Origin: Azolla caroliniana
Taxonomy: Eukaryota > Plantae > Polypodiophyta
DNA: 64,000 nt
Reading direction: 5' to 3'
Assembly: GCA_043228905.1 (NCBI GenBank)
Contig: JBHGNT010000004.1
Span: forward strand, 21,204,001 to 21,268,000
In this document: one piece after another, positions 26,401-40,046 of the stretch
Numbering within the stretch: the stretch's first letter is position 1
How the letters are laid out: the number at the start of each line of letters is the position of its first letter
Notes under the pieces: generated by a model
Databases searched by the model: none
What the model saw: the letters and a program-made list of their open reading frames with translations, nothing else
Told to the model about the DNA's origin: nothing
Made by a program: the position numbers and the translations under genes

Positions 26401-28251
26401 TATACTTCATCATTGCATTCCCTCACCACCACCCATCTTATGCTTGTAAGACTATCTCAAGAATAACCATCAATCATAACTTCATGCATTAACATCAATA
26501 TCATGGAGCTTTACAAAGAAGCCCAGAGCTTTTATTTTTGTTTTGGTCACCCATGTTTGCAATCAATATTTGCCTCGCATGCGGATTTCAGCCTCTAATA
26601 GATTATAACATATCTTTCTTTCTTACAATATATATTGGGAAAATGATTGAGGCTGGCTGGGCAAATCCAAGCTCACATTGAGACACCCATGACCAAGAGG
26701 GCAAGACGCAGTTGGCAAACATATAATAAAGTAAATATTCAGCTACTTCTACAAGTAGCGAACAATCCTACCTTTTTCATCAAAGAGCAGAGACCTCTCC
26801 TATGGGGCACTCAAACTGCATTAATGGGAGAGAAGTTTGCATGAACTCTAATGGAGTATCCATCACTCTAAAATGCAGGGCTGGTTTCACTGTAATGACC
26901 CCAAAAGCTGGATAGGAACACTTTTCCTTCTGCAAGACCACTCGATGGGAGCTGGTTGGTTGAAGTACCTACGCGCTTCGATTCCATTACTACATCAGGG
27001 ATACATCACAGAGCAACCTTCTGTAAAACCAATAGTGGACTTTAACAAATAGAGGAGTCTTTTAGAAATTATTGACTGCCAAGAAGGTTGGGTAAGATAA
27101 GTCCCATATATCTATGGAATTTGAGAACCTGCTGGTCACATGATCACTTCTGAGAGTGCATATAGGTAGTTGGTAAGTCCAACTGTCCTCAATCTTCCCA
27201 AATGAAGACACATAAATCAGACGAAAACCTAGTTCAGGTTAAATTCCACCACCCACTTGAGTTTGACCATTTAGCAGATAAGATGAATTCTGATTTAATA
27301 AATATATCCTCACAGAGGATGGTCCATATGTTTTCAGCTTGTCTTTTTAAGCAGGAAACCTCATCAATCTGCATCAATATCAGCCCCAAATTTTCAATCC
27401 TCTTTATTGCTTCCTTTCTCACTTCTATGGATTCAGTATCGAGGGAGATTCATTATTAATAAAATAGCTAGTGTTCTAGTAAATCAAAGATGGAGAAATC
27501 ATGGTATTTACCATAATTCTAAATGCTTCTTGTGTGACTATAGTACCCGATTCTTACATATTAGAAGGTTCAACGAGGTTGATCTTCTTATGCAGGCTCT
27601 TTCCACATAAGTTAAAACATTTTAGAAAATAAAATATCAGATTCTTAAATCTTAAAAGAGGATAAATTGATTAATGGAAAGTTTCCTATATGAAACTACA
27701 CATCCAATTCCTATATCTTTTAGAAGAAGAAAAGAAAAGGTATGGACTTACTAACCAAGGAAGGAGCACCAGCTAATATAATTCTTGAGCACTTTCTTCC
27801 TAAGTTTCCGAACAACACCCTGATCCATTTGGTCAATAGGCTCGGGCGGGGGCTGAAGCTTCATTTGATCGTTAGCAAGCAATAGAACAAGATGTTCCCT
27901 TTGGTTCTTCACATTACCGATTTGGAAGCCGAAGAAAGCTCCTAGCCAGTCAAGTAGATCCATACCACCTCGCCATGGCATCTCAGGTCGAGGAAGCTCT
28001 CCGACAACCTGTAGTGCTGCATGGGCGGCTCTTACCTCAGGGAATCGGAGGGCATCATGATCAGCCAGCATGTCATGAAGAGGTAGAATGTTGAAAGTTT
28101 CTTCTTGAACCTCTTCTTCGTCGCTAACTCCTCTTCTATTTCTTGTTATTGTTTGCTGTGGCGGCAGTACAGGTGTTGGTGTTGGTGCTGATGTTCTGCC
28201 TCTTGACCTTCCTCCGGAGGAAGAGGAGTTCTGATACTGCACCTTCTCCAT
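20413..28251 (-). CDS. CALS12: Callose synthase (1,3-beta-glucan synthase, GT48), intron-poor GSL1/GSL5 (CalS11/12) type, 2 coding exons, ~1815 aa
   Basis: Exon 1 27756-28251 (FNILPLHDMLADH, LLDWLGAFFGFQIGNVKNQREHLVLLLAN). Phase-1 intron. Exon 2 20413-25364 (WCSFLG|KKNNLW, LLIWGEAANLRFMPECLC, GEGKPENQNHA, QTIDMNQDNYFEEA, MHYGHPD, SEDIYAG). Total 5448 nt in frame. Confidence 0.95.
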
Positions 28252-31200
28252 GGTAGAAAAAGAAGAAAACAAAAACTAGGGAAGACAATCCTAGTGAAAT
28301 AAACCCTCGGAGAAAAACATGGCAGAAAAAACTAAGAAAGGGGGGGTACTAAATCCGAAAAAAATTAACCTAAAAAACAAAACCTAGCAAACAATAACAG
28401 TCTTTGGAAAAGAACACTAGAAAAGCTTCTACAGAGACGCTGGTGTTATCACAACCCTGCGCAAGCTTCGATCTATCGGCAAATTAGAGCAAATGGTTCA
28501 CTGCAGGGAGGGGGGGGGGAAAAAACAAAGAAAGAGATCTGTGAGCGCATTAGGGAAGATGGGCCCTGCTCTGCCGAGAAAAAGGGGACTGACGATAAGA
28601 AGAGAGGGAAAAAAAGAACAATGGAGAGAGAGAGAGAGAGAGAGAGAGATCACGCGCGTCAGAGCTGAATTTCTGTTGACGACAGAATTCAAATGGATGT
28701 CGATTTTCTGAGCTGTTTTTTTTAACTTGTTTCAAACATGAGGAAGAAGAAGAAGAAGATCAGCTTCACAAACATGATATAGAGTCAAGCAGCCACATTT
28801 CTTCCAAGGCACAACAATGAAGAAAAATTAATGAAACCTATGCTGTGTTTTTATCAATTACATATATATATATATATAATATATGTAATGTACATATGCC
28901 CATAACATGTAGTTGTCCGTCTCGACGTCCATGTCCACCCATATCCATATCGTGATGGCCACGTTGCCCATATACATACATGTAAGTGTGGGTACAAATG
29001 TCAACCGCCTCTCCTCCTACCAATGGTGCCATACATGAGATCCATTGCATCTAATACTTCTACTTCATACGTGGGTACATATTGTAAGCATCGGTACAAA
29101 TGCATGTTATGTCTCCTCCTGCCAACATTACCATACATTAGGTCCATGCACCCAATACTTCTACTTTACCATGGATCACAAACAATATCAAATCATCGTA
29201 GGTGAGGTTGACGCTAGTAGAGATAAACAACCAACAGAATGATAGAAGATGGGTGGGCTTCTCCCACCGACCTCGTTCACTTACAATATCATTGGCTATT
29301 TCCTTGATAAAACACTTTCCTTCCTAAAACACTTAATACTACCTACTTATATACACATTTGGCCTATGGGCGCACATATATCCCTTGTTGAGTAACCAAC
29401 AATATCCAATTTGAAGATGATAGATCAAGGTATGTGAACGTCAAGGTGTTATGTTATGTAGGACATGACACAATTTGGCAAAGTAACGAGGCTAGGGATA
29501 TAAGGTTATAGCCTCTGTCTCCACCGCCTTTTAATTTATTACAAAGATGTTCATTATAGTCTCAGGGCCATGTGTACATAAGGCTATCTTTTATGAGAGA
29601 TGCCTATTTTATTATAATATGTTACTTGTGCTACAGTGATGCTATAATGTTGTTTTTATTACTTCGATTGCCAGTTGCCACCATAACAATATATTGAAAA
29701 GGAGATTCACATGCGCATCATAGTGACATATTAGTAGCACGCTTTTAAACATGCCAACATTTGCATATATGAGAATTTTCTAATGGAATAAGGTTTGATT
29801 CTTTGTTATAATGTTTCATGTGAGAGTTCAAGAGAGGTTGAGGGTGAGCATTCATAGAGGCATCTCACATGCAAGGGAGCTCATATTTGTTCATATTGTA
29901 TTGCAGATGAGTGAGGGAAATGAAGGCCATCATGACGGTAATTAAGCCTTGCAAACCTCATACATTGATCACCAATTCCGACCAACGCTTCATTCTCGCA
30001 ATATTTGGTGGATCTTAGAATATGCTCAATTTACAAAGGTCTCGAAATTTGAGTAGACTAATATGATATTGTCAAGCGTTCAAATAAGGTGATAACAACA
30101 ATGGTACAAAAGTGAATTGGACAATGAAGTTTGCGCAAATGAGTTCTCTATATACAAAGGTGATGTAGAATTCAAAAAATCTAATGATGTGGTTGATATA
30201 ATTATATATGCGAGGGGGGGTGTTGAGTGCCACTTCTCCCCTAAACGCGAGTAATGTTATTCAAAGTCATTTGAAGTTTGTGAACAAGCAACCAATGTGA
30301 TAAAATAAAAGGGCAACTTATTTATTGTAGCAAATTGGGTAATTGATTGAGCAATAAATCCATGGTATTATAGGAACCAAGTTTGAAAGTTAGCTATCCA
30401 CTTACGTTTACGTGTTGAATAAACTCTTGGGGAGTAGTCTAAGTGGAACAAGGTTGAAAACTTATACAATTTTACAAGTGCACTGTGTGCTAGGTTGAAC
30501 TACAATAGAAGGTTGGTCCACACAAGCTTGGGAACGTGGAACTTTGACAATATCGCACTCTGACCATATTGCAATGTAATGCACGGTTAGGATGCATGTG
30601 CTTGTTGGCTTCCAACTTGTTGAGCTTTATTACCATATACTGAGAAGAATGAATGGCATACGTGTCGCAACTGGCTTGCCATTATTCCACTTCTATTATA
30701 TGTGAATACGTTAAGGGGATCAATGGCCCACCAAATTTCAAATAGCTAGGGTATCTTTTTAACATGGATCGCAATGGCCTTTTCTTCTTGAAAGCAAATG
30801 AATAAATAAAAGCAAAATATAAAGGGATACATATCCACTTTTTAAGGTTTTTGCTTTTGTTCCCATTCTTCAAGTCATAAACTAAAGCAATGTGATAGAA
30901 AAAACAGAAGCTATTGTTGGAAAAACTAGCTCATATCCCATAGGACACATAAAATTCCCAAATTTGAAATCAAAGCCTGCCACTCAAAGACTATGGACAT
31001 AGGAATGGAAGTGTAGCATGCAAATCTTAAACAAACTTGAAATCTCTTGATATACATAAATATATGAACTTGGATGGTCGTTGGAGTCTTGAACAAACCT
31101 CACGTTTACCAAGAAAAGTTTCCTTGTTTTTAAAAGGCTTCGAAGTGCGACTACCCATATCGGACTGTGGGCTTTCTTTTAAAAAATACCCAAGTTGGTC

Positions 31201-32708
31201 CTCCCTCGATGTCTCCCTCGAGATAATATAATGAATAATATGATTGACATCCTATCTACTAATACTACTCATTTTTCTTATACATTTCCATTATAAAATA
31301 TCATTATCATAGAATGCAATTCCATTATATTTAACCAAATTTCTCATCTCATCCTTTGTATGTGTTTTTCCCATTACTCAATTACGACAAGAGACAATCT
31401 CATTCTTAACGACCACAAGAGACAATCTTTCTATCACTCTACCATATCTATCGCCATCATCATAAAATCCATTCTTCCACAATTTATGTTTAGTAGTAGG
31501 ACAAAAAAACCATAGATTACCCCTTTTATTTTATTGTGAACTATCTTACTTTGGTCACATTACACCCGTACATGTCATATTCAAATTGCTACTACAATTT
31601 GATGATAATTCTTGATATTCATTTAGCATAAGAAGAAAAAAATGAAATAATGTTTCAATTTCACTTTATTATTGTTACCATTTCGACATTCATGTGTTTT
31701 GTACGCAATGTGTAATTTTTAAAAGGTTCAAGGCTAGGTTGTTATAACAATCCTCGTGTACATTACATTTAGTCAAAGACTATCAAGGCAAAGGATTTGC
31801 TTTTGAAAAGAAAATTGAGCAAGGACACATTCTATTTGAATAGAAAAAAGATATAGCATCACTACATTCCCCAAACATGTTAAAAGTATATTCATTGGCC
31901 ACATCGAGTTCGCATTCACTTCAAACAAATGACAACTTTTCGAGAAACAACATTTTTCTAGACACCCTTAGTGGCTTGTAAGAAAACATAGTTTCAGAAA
32001 AGAATATGATAGCCGTAAGCTCCAACTTGTAAGAAAATATGATTATAAAAAAGAATGTCCCAATGCAGTTAGCCAAAGTATGAAAACAAAGTCATAACCA
32101 CACAATTTAAATTCATACATTATAAATAAAACAAGGTTCTTAATACATTCACTAATATACACACGCAAAAATGCACCTATAAATAAAACGTGGTCCTAAA
32201 TACTTGCAAGAAATATGTGCAAAAAAAGAGCAAATTTCAAATCCACACAACTGGATATTGATACTACCAGAAAATACAAAAAAAGAAAAGAAGAATGCAA
32301 TGAAATTGTCTCCCTTGTACAGACCCTCACTGGAGGGTTATTCTTCACCAAAAGGCACTTCTTCAAAAGCAGACATACAAGAAAGAAACATATTATGACA
32401 AGATACCAACCCCTCATCATCATCACTGATCGATCACCTTGAATCCGCATAGGACCATGGTATTAATGGGCCTAAGTTGTTTAAAATTAGTCAATTATGA
32501 TTTATATTTCATGAATGCTTCCAAACTTTCGTATGGTCCAACTTGGAACCATTGCACAACATAAAAAGTAGGATTTCTCATGTACAATGGCTTCACCATT
32601 TCTTAAATATCTTATACTTAGATCATTATATGCCTTGTTATAAAAAAAAAGTCCAAACAAATCAATCTTTTGGTGGAACATGTGTGTACCAACAATTCAT
32701 CATTATCC

Positions 32709-35700
32709 TTAACAACTCTGATCTTCCCGAATCAACAGGTCAAGTTTCTTCATCTGTTTCACTCTCTGCACAAAAAATGCCTTGTATAAGAATGTGCGGA
32801 CAATAAACCAACTTCTGCATTACAAAATCCTGTATTTCACATGTTCTATAGAAGAAATTTAACCCCCCCCTAAATGAGCTACAAAATTATTAAAAAAAAT
32901 TCCATTGCAAAGTTTTATAGGTTCCATATTCCATATTCCATTTCAAAATTCACATCCACCAATCAAGCACATTAATATTCCATGTTTATATAACAAAATG
33001 TTAATTCTGTCACATTCCCGAACTACACTACTAAATTGTGACAACCCAAATTTTAACATTACGAAACAACACAAGTGAGTTTAATATTCCATCTCAAATA
33101 TTATACTCTGTGAGAGACTACAAAATATATCATAATATTAAACAAAAAAAGTGAAATCTGAATGAAATACTAGATTATTACAATGTTTTATATTACAAGA
33201 ACATTTGCTCCACATTTTACACTCAATGACTTGACTATGAAATTATTACTAACCTGCTGAATCTCAAATTGCACTTGATTCTTGTACTTCTCTGCTTGTC
33301 CAAGCCGATCCATTTCTCTCATGAACTCGTCTCGCTCCGCTACCTCCTTGGAAACTGTGAATGTTTTCCAATGCTATTAAAAGGGAAGGTCACCAACCTT
33401 GCTTGCACTCTATATTTTTTTGTTAGATAGCTATGCATTATAAGTGAGGCTTACTCTGCTCTAGCATGGTTTCCATCTCTTCAATAGATCCTTTCTGTAC
33501 CTTGGAGACCGCAGTTGATGCTGCCTTAACTTGGTCAGTTGGGGGTGGCAGTGCCAATTCTTCATCCTACATTGCTTTGCACAGCCAATAAACAACATAA
33601 TCAACGAGAATCTCCATTTAACCTTTAATCTAACATTGATACCATATACCAGATTATGGTTCTAACTTTGCTCTCATAGGTCCCTTTTGGCCATGTCACA
33701 GATGTTAGTATGACATTTCATTTCACTTATCTCTTACCTCTCTGTCTCTTTTCAATACTTTCAGAAGTTCCCATTTATCTGAACTTTACTCTCCATTGAA
33801 CATGTAATAGTATGTCCTTATTCATTGAAAGTTCACTCTCCACTCAGGTGTCATATGATTACATCAGAGGCACAATGGTATGACCAAGCCATGTTTGCAG
33901 ATGAAATGCATATAGTACATATGCTTGTAGATACCTCATCCAAGCGACCGCTCCATTCAAATATCAAAGCTAGCCTTGCTTTTTCCTTATCATCCAGGAG
34001 CGGCTCTGTATCGCATCATAAAACACAACTTTGAATCAATTTTTGGAAAAACGCCTACGAAAATGAAGATATAGAATGACAATCTACACATAGTGATCAT
34101 TCTGTTTTACAAATAGATAACTCATATATAGCAAGTTTGACATGTCAGAGAGAAATTTCTTTGTTAGATATTTTCTTTTCTCGTTTTGCATCAAATAATT
34201 GATAAACTGGTCGATGTTAAGACATACATATAAAGCACACAATTATCCCATTGGAAAGCTCAAAAATATCATTTGTAATTCGCTTACATTCAAGCAAAAC
34301 TATATCAAGTAATTGAGAGACTGGTCGATATTAGACATACACAAAGCACACAATTATTCCATTAGAAAACTCAATAATGTCATTTGTGATTCTCTTACAT
34401 TGCAAGCAAAGGTTAACTTTCTATTACCTCAGTATATTTTGATTCAAAGACGAGTTCTAACTTCCAATATATCAAGGTTCCCCATTGGTAACCTCACAAT
34501 AACTGATAAATGAAGATGCCTTGTTCACCATTTTTAGTTTTTAAAGGAAAAAGTTCCAGTTTCTGTTGTATCAAGGAGTTGTGCAGCTTTCAAAGGGGCA
34601 ATCAGAGCCACTGTCAAAGATTTTTAGCTCAATTGTAGCATGTAAAAAGTATCAAAGTTGTATGATTTTATTACTCTTCCACAAATGAAGTTCCCATCTG
34701 ACTCGCCTACTTACGTTATTATGCAATGTCTGAAGACCTTCAAATATATCAGGGTCATCTTTTCCCTCAGTTCAAGAAAGAGTCATTGTAAACAGCACTC
34801 ATTTATCATAGAATAAATACATATTTTCAAGGAAATTAATACAAGAGATGACTGTCAATAAATATATGCTAATTGGTGCTATCAGGAATTTAAGGCATGC
34901 TTATATACATGTATATATGCACACATATAGATAAATATACACGTTACTTTACATATGATCTGACTTACTAATTCTAGTGCGGAAGATGCACACTCACTTG
35001 TCGGGTACGGTGGCAATTCTTTGTGTTCCAACTCATTTTGTAATTGCTTAAGAATATCTGATGCCTTTCTTCTACCAACTCTATAAGAAACTTTGGAATC
35101 TTCCGAATTTTCCACAGTGCGTTTCGTAAACCTTGGGATCTTCACATATTGTTTCTATCATTGTTTCATTTAGAAGTTTTAAATCAGAGTTATGCGTTCT
35201 GGGCATCATGTTTAGGGTTTAGATATGGCAAATACTTCCCATGTGTTGTAATATGGCATATATAATACACATGTGGTGACATGGAATTTGGACATAAATT
35301 TACGTACTTTGGAAATCCTCGGTTCACATTTTACAAATTATGGTACATGGATTTATGCTTAGGTATATATTTTGCATATGCACTATATGTATTTGCAAAT
35401 TATATTCATGAACTAAGACAATGATAAGCATGGAATATGTGCCAAGTTGTGTTGTCTTTGTTGTTCCTGTATGACTGTATTTTATCTTTTATTTGCTTCT
35501 CCGGATCTCTTGAAATCAAGCAAAACAACATAATCACATGGCCAGCATGAAATGAATGACGCCCAATAGTTCCTAGACCAGTTTGGGGGACAGTTAGCAT
35601 TGGGTTCCTATACTTGTGCGTTCAACCCTAAAGTTTGCATTAAAAGTTCCTTTAGGTTGGTCCCTTCCTAAAGTGTCTTAAGAGTTATAAGTAGCAGATT

Positions 35701-36810
35701 AGAGAGTAGACAAAGGTATGTTTTTTGTTAGCTAAACTTTTGGGTTCAATATCATGGTTTGAGTAAGGCAAACTTCATCCTCCTCCTGCCAGGTGTCACC
35801 TCTCCAAAAAACAAATGCCTATCCATTTCTGTAGGATTTAGACATCATAGGAATAGATATACTCTTAATTACATGTTTTATATCTTTAAATTAAACATCA
35901 TAGATATCATCTTGAAATGGATTTATAAATCATGAACACAGATTTCAACATCATAGATATGGACTTGCATGTATGAACATGGGTTAAAACCAGTAAAAAT
36001 GAGAAATCAAAGAAAGAGAGAGAAAGAGGGGCCCATAAGATACCTGAGGACATGGTTTCTTTGGTTTCTCCGGTTCTACAAAGAATGCAACAATAAAATG
36101 AAATTAGCAAGACAAATATTTATAAAAAAGACGAAGGGGAGAACAACAAAATACGCCCGTTGAGCATTCTAGACATTTATCACAAAGACCCTCAATTTTC
36201 AGAAGTTACAAGAATACCCCTCAGGTTTCAAAAGATCGTTGCAGCAAATGAAAAGACATGGTCTGCGTGACAACAGGATGTAGGGATAAGAAGCTCAGTG
36301 CTTTTTTTGCCAATCTTATGGATGTAGATGGAAGTGCCAGAGGAGATGTTCTGCGATGTAAATTTCCAAAAACGGAAGGTGTATTCTGGTAAACGTTCCC
36401 CCCCAAAAGAAGCACAAGAGAACTAGATTCCGAAAGAATGAATGAATGAAACAAAAGGAGGGAATACGTAAAAAACCCGCATTTGGCAGGAAAGAAAGAA
36501 AGAAAGAAAGACAAAAGGCATCAGAAAAGGAACAAAGAAAGGGGGAGAACAGAGAGAGAGAGAGAGACGTACGAGGAGGTATGGCGGCGGAGGGGCGGCG
36601 GAGGCGGGATCGAGCGGCATTGTGGCGGGAGAAGTCGTTGCCCTTCTGCCTGGCTATGTCGTAGCCCCTGAGGAGGGCGAAGAGGGCACGCCCTGCGGCC
36701 GTCTCCCTGCCGGGCGCAGACCTCAGCAGCATCAGCTGCCGCTCCAACTGTTCACCATCCTCAGCCTGCCGCTGCAACCATGCCGATTCCACCATGGATC
36801 CTTCTTCCAT
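32709..36810 (-). CDS. UPF0193 protein EVG1-like (C22orf23 homolog), 7 exons, ~255 aa
   Basis: Exons (minus): 36573-36810, 36044-36075, 34998-35154, 33935-34005, 33455-33566, 33254-33354, 32709-32765. Total 768 nt, all GT-AG with consistent phases. The segments DDKEKARLALIF and SKEVAERDEFMREMDRLGQAEKYKNQVQFEIQQRVKQMKKLD match the UPF0193 pattern (E.ER.EF...M..LGQ...Y...I..EI.Q). Start could be 36795. Confidence 0.78.
34207..34410. repeat. ~113-bp tandem duplication in an EVG1 intron
   Basis: ACTGGTCGAT..AGACATAC..AAAGCACACAATTAT..CCATT..CTCAA..TCATTTGT..CTTACATT..AAGCAAA at ~34207 and ~34320. Confidence 0.75.
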
Positions 36811-36825
36811 TACCACCGCCCTCTC

Positions 36826-36957
36826 CGTCTCTGTCTCTGTGTCTCTGTCTCTGTCTCTGTCTCTGTCTCTGTCTCTGACTCTGTCTCTGTCTCTCTCAGA
36901 TCTCTGTGTCTCTGTCTCTCTCAGATCTCTGTCTCTGTGTCTCTGTCTCTGTCTCTC
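36826..36957. repeat. (GTCTCT)n / CT-rich microsatellite just upstream of the EVG1 start
   Basis: Seen directly. It produces the spurious RDRDRD/SVSVSV/LSLSLS stretches in overlapping ORFs. Confidence 0.9.
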
Positions 36958-37079
36958 AACGAACCCCTCTGTTTCAAGTCTACGTAGACGTATACATATA
37001 CATATGTGCATGTACGTATACGTATACGTATATGATTTATACGCATATTTGTACGTGCACATTAGCTTTCTCTGTTTTT

Positions 37080-38960
37080 GGGATCTACATTGATGAGATC
37101 ACTGATTTTATTGCTCGTAAGGGAGGCAAAGGAGTGGCTATTGGGGATACGCAAGTTAGTCTCTTACTCTACGCAGACGACATTGTCTTGCTCTCGGAGT
37201 CGGAACACGACCTACAAAAGCATCTTAATGCCCTAGATGACTTTTGTACACAACGAGGACTGGTAGTGAATCTAGCGAAAACTAAAGTCCTTATCTTTCA
37301 TACATCGTCCAGAGTTAGGAGTAAATGTCACCTCATCCTCTCTCATAAACTAGTTGAGGTGGTGGGATCTTATGTATACTTGGGAGTCACTTTTAGTGCT
37401 CGCTCAGGTAAATTCTCGATGACCCAGGCAGCCAAAGATAGGCTAACGAGAGGATATGCATCCCTCTCACTCTTAGAGAGACAATGCCACCAAGCATACT
37501 TTCAAGAGCCACGGACTAAGGGATGGCTTTTCGACTCATTAGTGACCCCGTCCCTCATGTATGCATCAGTAGTATGGGCTCCAGGTCTACCATCTTTCAT
37601 GTGGACGCAATTGGAGAGACCTTTAGTGGTGATGTTATCACGTCAACTCCGAAGCAAATCGACAGTACCACATGACATTATTAGAGCGGAGTTTAGCCTA
37701 CCCCCGATGTTAGTAGAAGCACTCTTTCAAGTGGTAGCTTTTATTCATCGGATACATAGTCAACCACAAGATAGGATATCCCGTCGAGCCTTTGAGGCAT
37801 CCCGATCCTTACATGTGTCTGGAGACACTAACTCTTGGTATAGCATTGTGGTGAGTTGGTTATTTGCAAATGGCATAGACATTAATAACCTACCTCCCCT
37901 TAAGTACAACCATGGGACTGATCAAACTTTAATCTCTCGTGAAGATCGTAATAAAGTGATACGCCAAGAAATATGGCAAATCTACACTCGATACACATGG
38001 ATCACCCCACGAGAGCCACTCCCATCTAAAATGGTGTACTATAAGGAACACTTCTTGCACTTCTCTAAGTTAGGGTTTATTACACGACCAAGATACCTAG
38101 ATACTTTCTTATCAAATGCACTAAGGGTGGCCATTGGACAACTTAGGATATCATCTCACCAACTTGAGATTGAGAATGGTCGAGCTAATAGAGTCCCTAG
38201 AGAGGAAAGGCTATGTAGGTTATGCCACATAGAGATAGAGGATGAGTATCACTTCACATGCAAGTGCCCAACTTATGCCGAGATACGGGCGGAATACCAA
38301 GACATACTAGGACCCTCTCCCACCCTCTCCAAACTATTAGATACCCCGAGTGTAAAGAGACTAGGTAGGTATATCTTAGAGCTAAAACAACATAGGGAGG
38401 ATAAATTACAAAGTGTTAATCATAACCCTTTTACTACTCATCAACATGTACCTAGTGTAATTTTTCAGGAACATGAGGAGACGATGAATGTGGATACACT
38501 TATGCCGCTCGGCCTCTCCCTTGAGGAAGCAGAAATACAAAGAGCAACCAAACGTCCTCGGATGTTGGGCTTCAACACAAGTCAACGTGGAGTAGAAAAG
38601 ATTAAGAAGATAAGGGAACGTGAGCTACGTCGACTCGAAGCTATGGTTGGGGTACCTCTTACATGGGGACCACGGGCCACATCCACATGGCAACCCTTTG
38701 ACCCCCCGCTTCTCTTCGAGAGACTTGGATGGAAATGAAATTAGGCCTAGTATAGAATCATTCTCATTGTAGAACATGTTTTTTATATAGAACATGTTTG
38801 TTGTTTTCTTAGAACTATTTAGCCTAAACTCTATTTTATCTTATTTTTATTTTTACTTTCGATGAATGGGTAAATATCCCATTTTTGTTGTACACCATTT
38901 GTCTCATGGGCCAATTTTGGCCTTAGAAGACGTTAATATATCTTTCTTTCTTTCTTTCTT
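37080..38960 (+). mobile_element. 5'-truncated RTEX-like LINE, copy 2, with 9-bp TSD
   Basis: Open frame to 38738 with LLLYADDIVL (RT catalytic motif), YVYLGV and the C-terminal Cys/His motif. (TTTC)n tail. TCTGTTTTT at 37071-37079 and 38961-38969 as candidate TSD. Confidence 0.92.
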
Positions 38961-40046
38961 TCTGTTTTTTACCTTATATGCATGCACGGTATATTGTATG
39001 CATAGTACGTAATATACTCGAATGCATTGGCCAACATTCTTTTTCATACGACTTCAAACGCATGCGAATGTTACCGATACATTCTTACTTCTTTATTTTT
39101 ACACTTTTTACCTTAAAAAAATATTTTTATCTTATAATAAATAATGAATACAAAAGTATGGTATTTACCATACTTCAAGGGTGTTTACCATACTTGAATG
39201 ATTGGAACATTCTTGAATGCGAATGTACGTACGGTTCATACTAGGATTGTATGTACATGATTCATTGTTATTCTTATTGTGTTTGAATGACGACGGCTCA
39301 CGTATGCCTAGACATTGCCATTATGCGTATGCCTCATTGGCCAATTGCCCACCAAACTATTGTACATAAGTGCTCCTATCGAAATAATTGCTACAGCCTT
39401 CACTTGCACCAATGAAGATAACTAGCGAATACTCAAAAATAGAACAAATTCAAGGTAGAAGCAACATCACCTTTAAGCCATGCTCGATCAAGCATGTGGA
39501 CGGTTAAAATAACCGGCAAAAGGTAGACGAAGATATATGATTCAACAGATTCCTTTCATGCACTCTTCAGTCATTCGTCAACAAATTGTGCACCGAATGA
39601 GCAGCGATGTTGTACTTGATAGACATGGAGCCATGATGCATGGAATTATGGTTACAAGTTGTTGAACAATACTTAACATGCTCGAGTAAATCGAAAGAAA
39701 GCCAACCTTGATGGAAGAGGCCACAAAACTAGTCATCGAGGAGGCTCAAGAGCTTTTTAACTTAAGTTTTCAATGAATATAATTGTGTAAAGGAGGATTG
39801 CCTTTGGTACTAGATGCCTAAATCTGTAAGATACCATCAAATATAATGACCCGCTAAAAACCTAGCTTACCTAGAGATCTAGTTGACTTTGATACGTCGA
39901 CTAACAATGGAAAAACTAAAACCTAACAGTAGCGTTAAAGGACACTACGAGAAATAACATGCAATTAATAGACATATAATTGAAATTTAGATATTATTCA
40001 TTAGAAAAACACATAGCATATGGTCACAATTATGAACAAAGACAAC

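Noticed and set aside
29400-31300. Possible decayed DNA-transposon remnants between CalS and EVG1
   Set aside because: No convincing TIR/TSD or recognisable protein motif by eye.
33738-33778. Extra EVG1 exon with a good GTAAG donor (KWELLKVLKRDRE)
   Set aside because: Phase is incompatible with the upstream exon. Skipping it gives a clean in-frame join.
36316-37062. 248-aa ORF with RDRDRD repeats as an RD/SR-type protein
   Set aside because: The N-terminus is translated microsatellite and the C-terminus is intron. Only 36573-36810 is a credible exon.
36906-37079. N-terminus of the 610-aa ORF as a LINE-host fusion
   Set aside because: It lies outside the TSD, in simple-sequence flank that happens to be open, with a non-ATG start.
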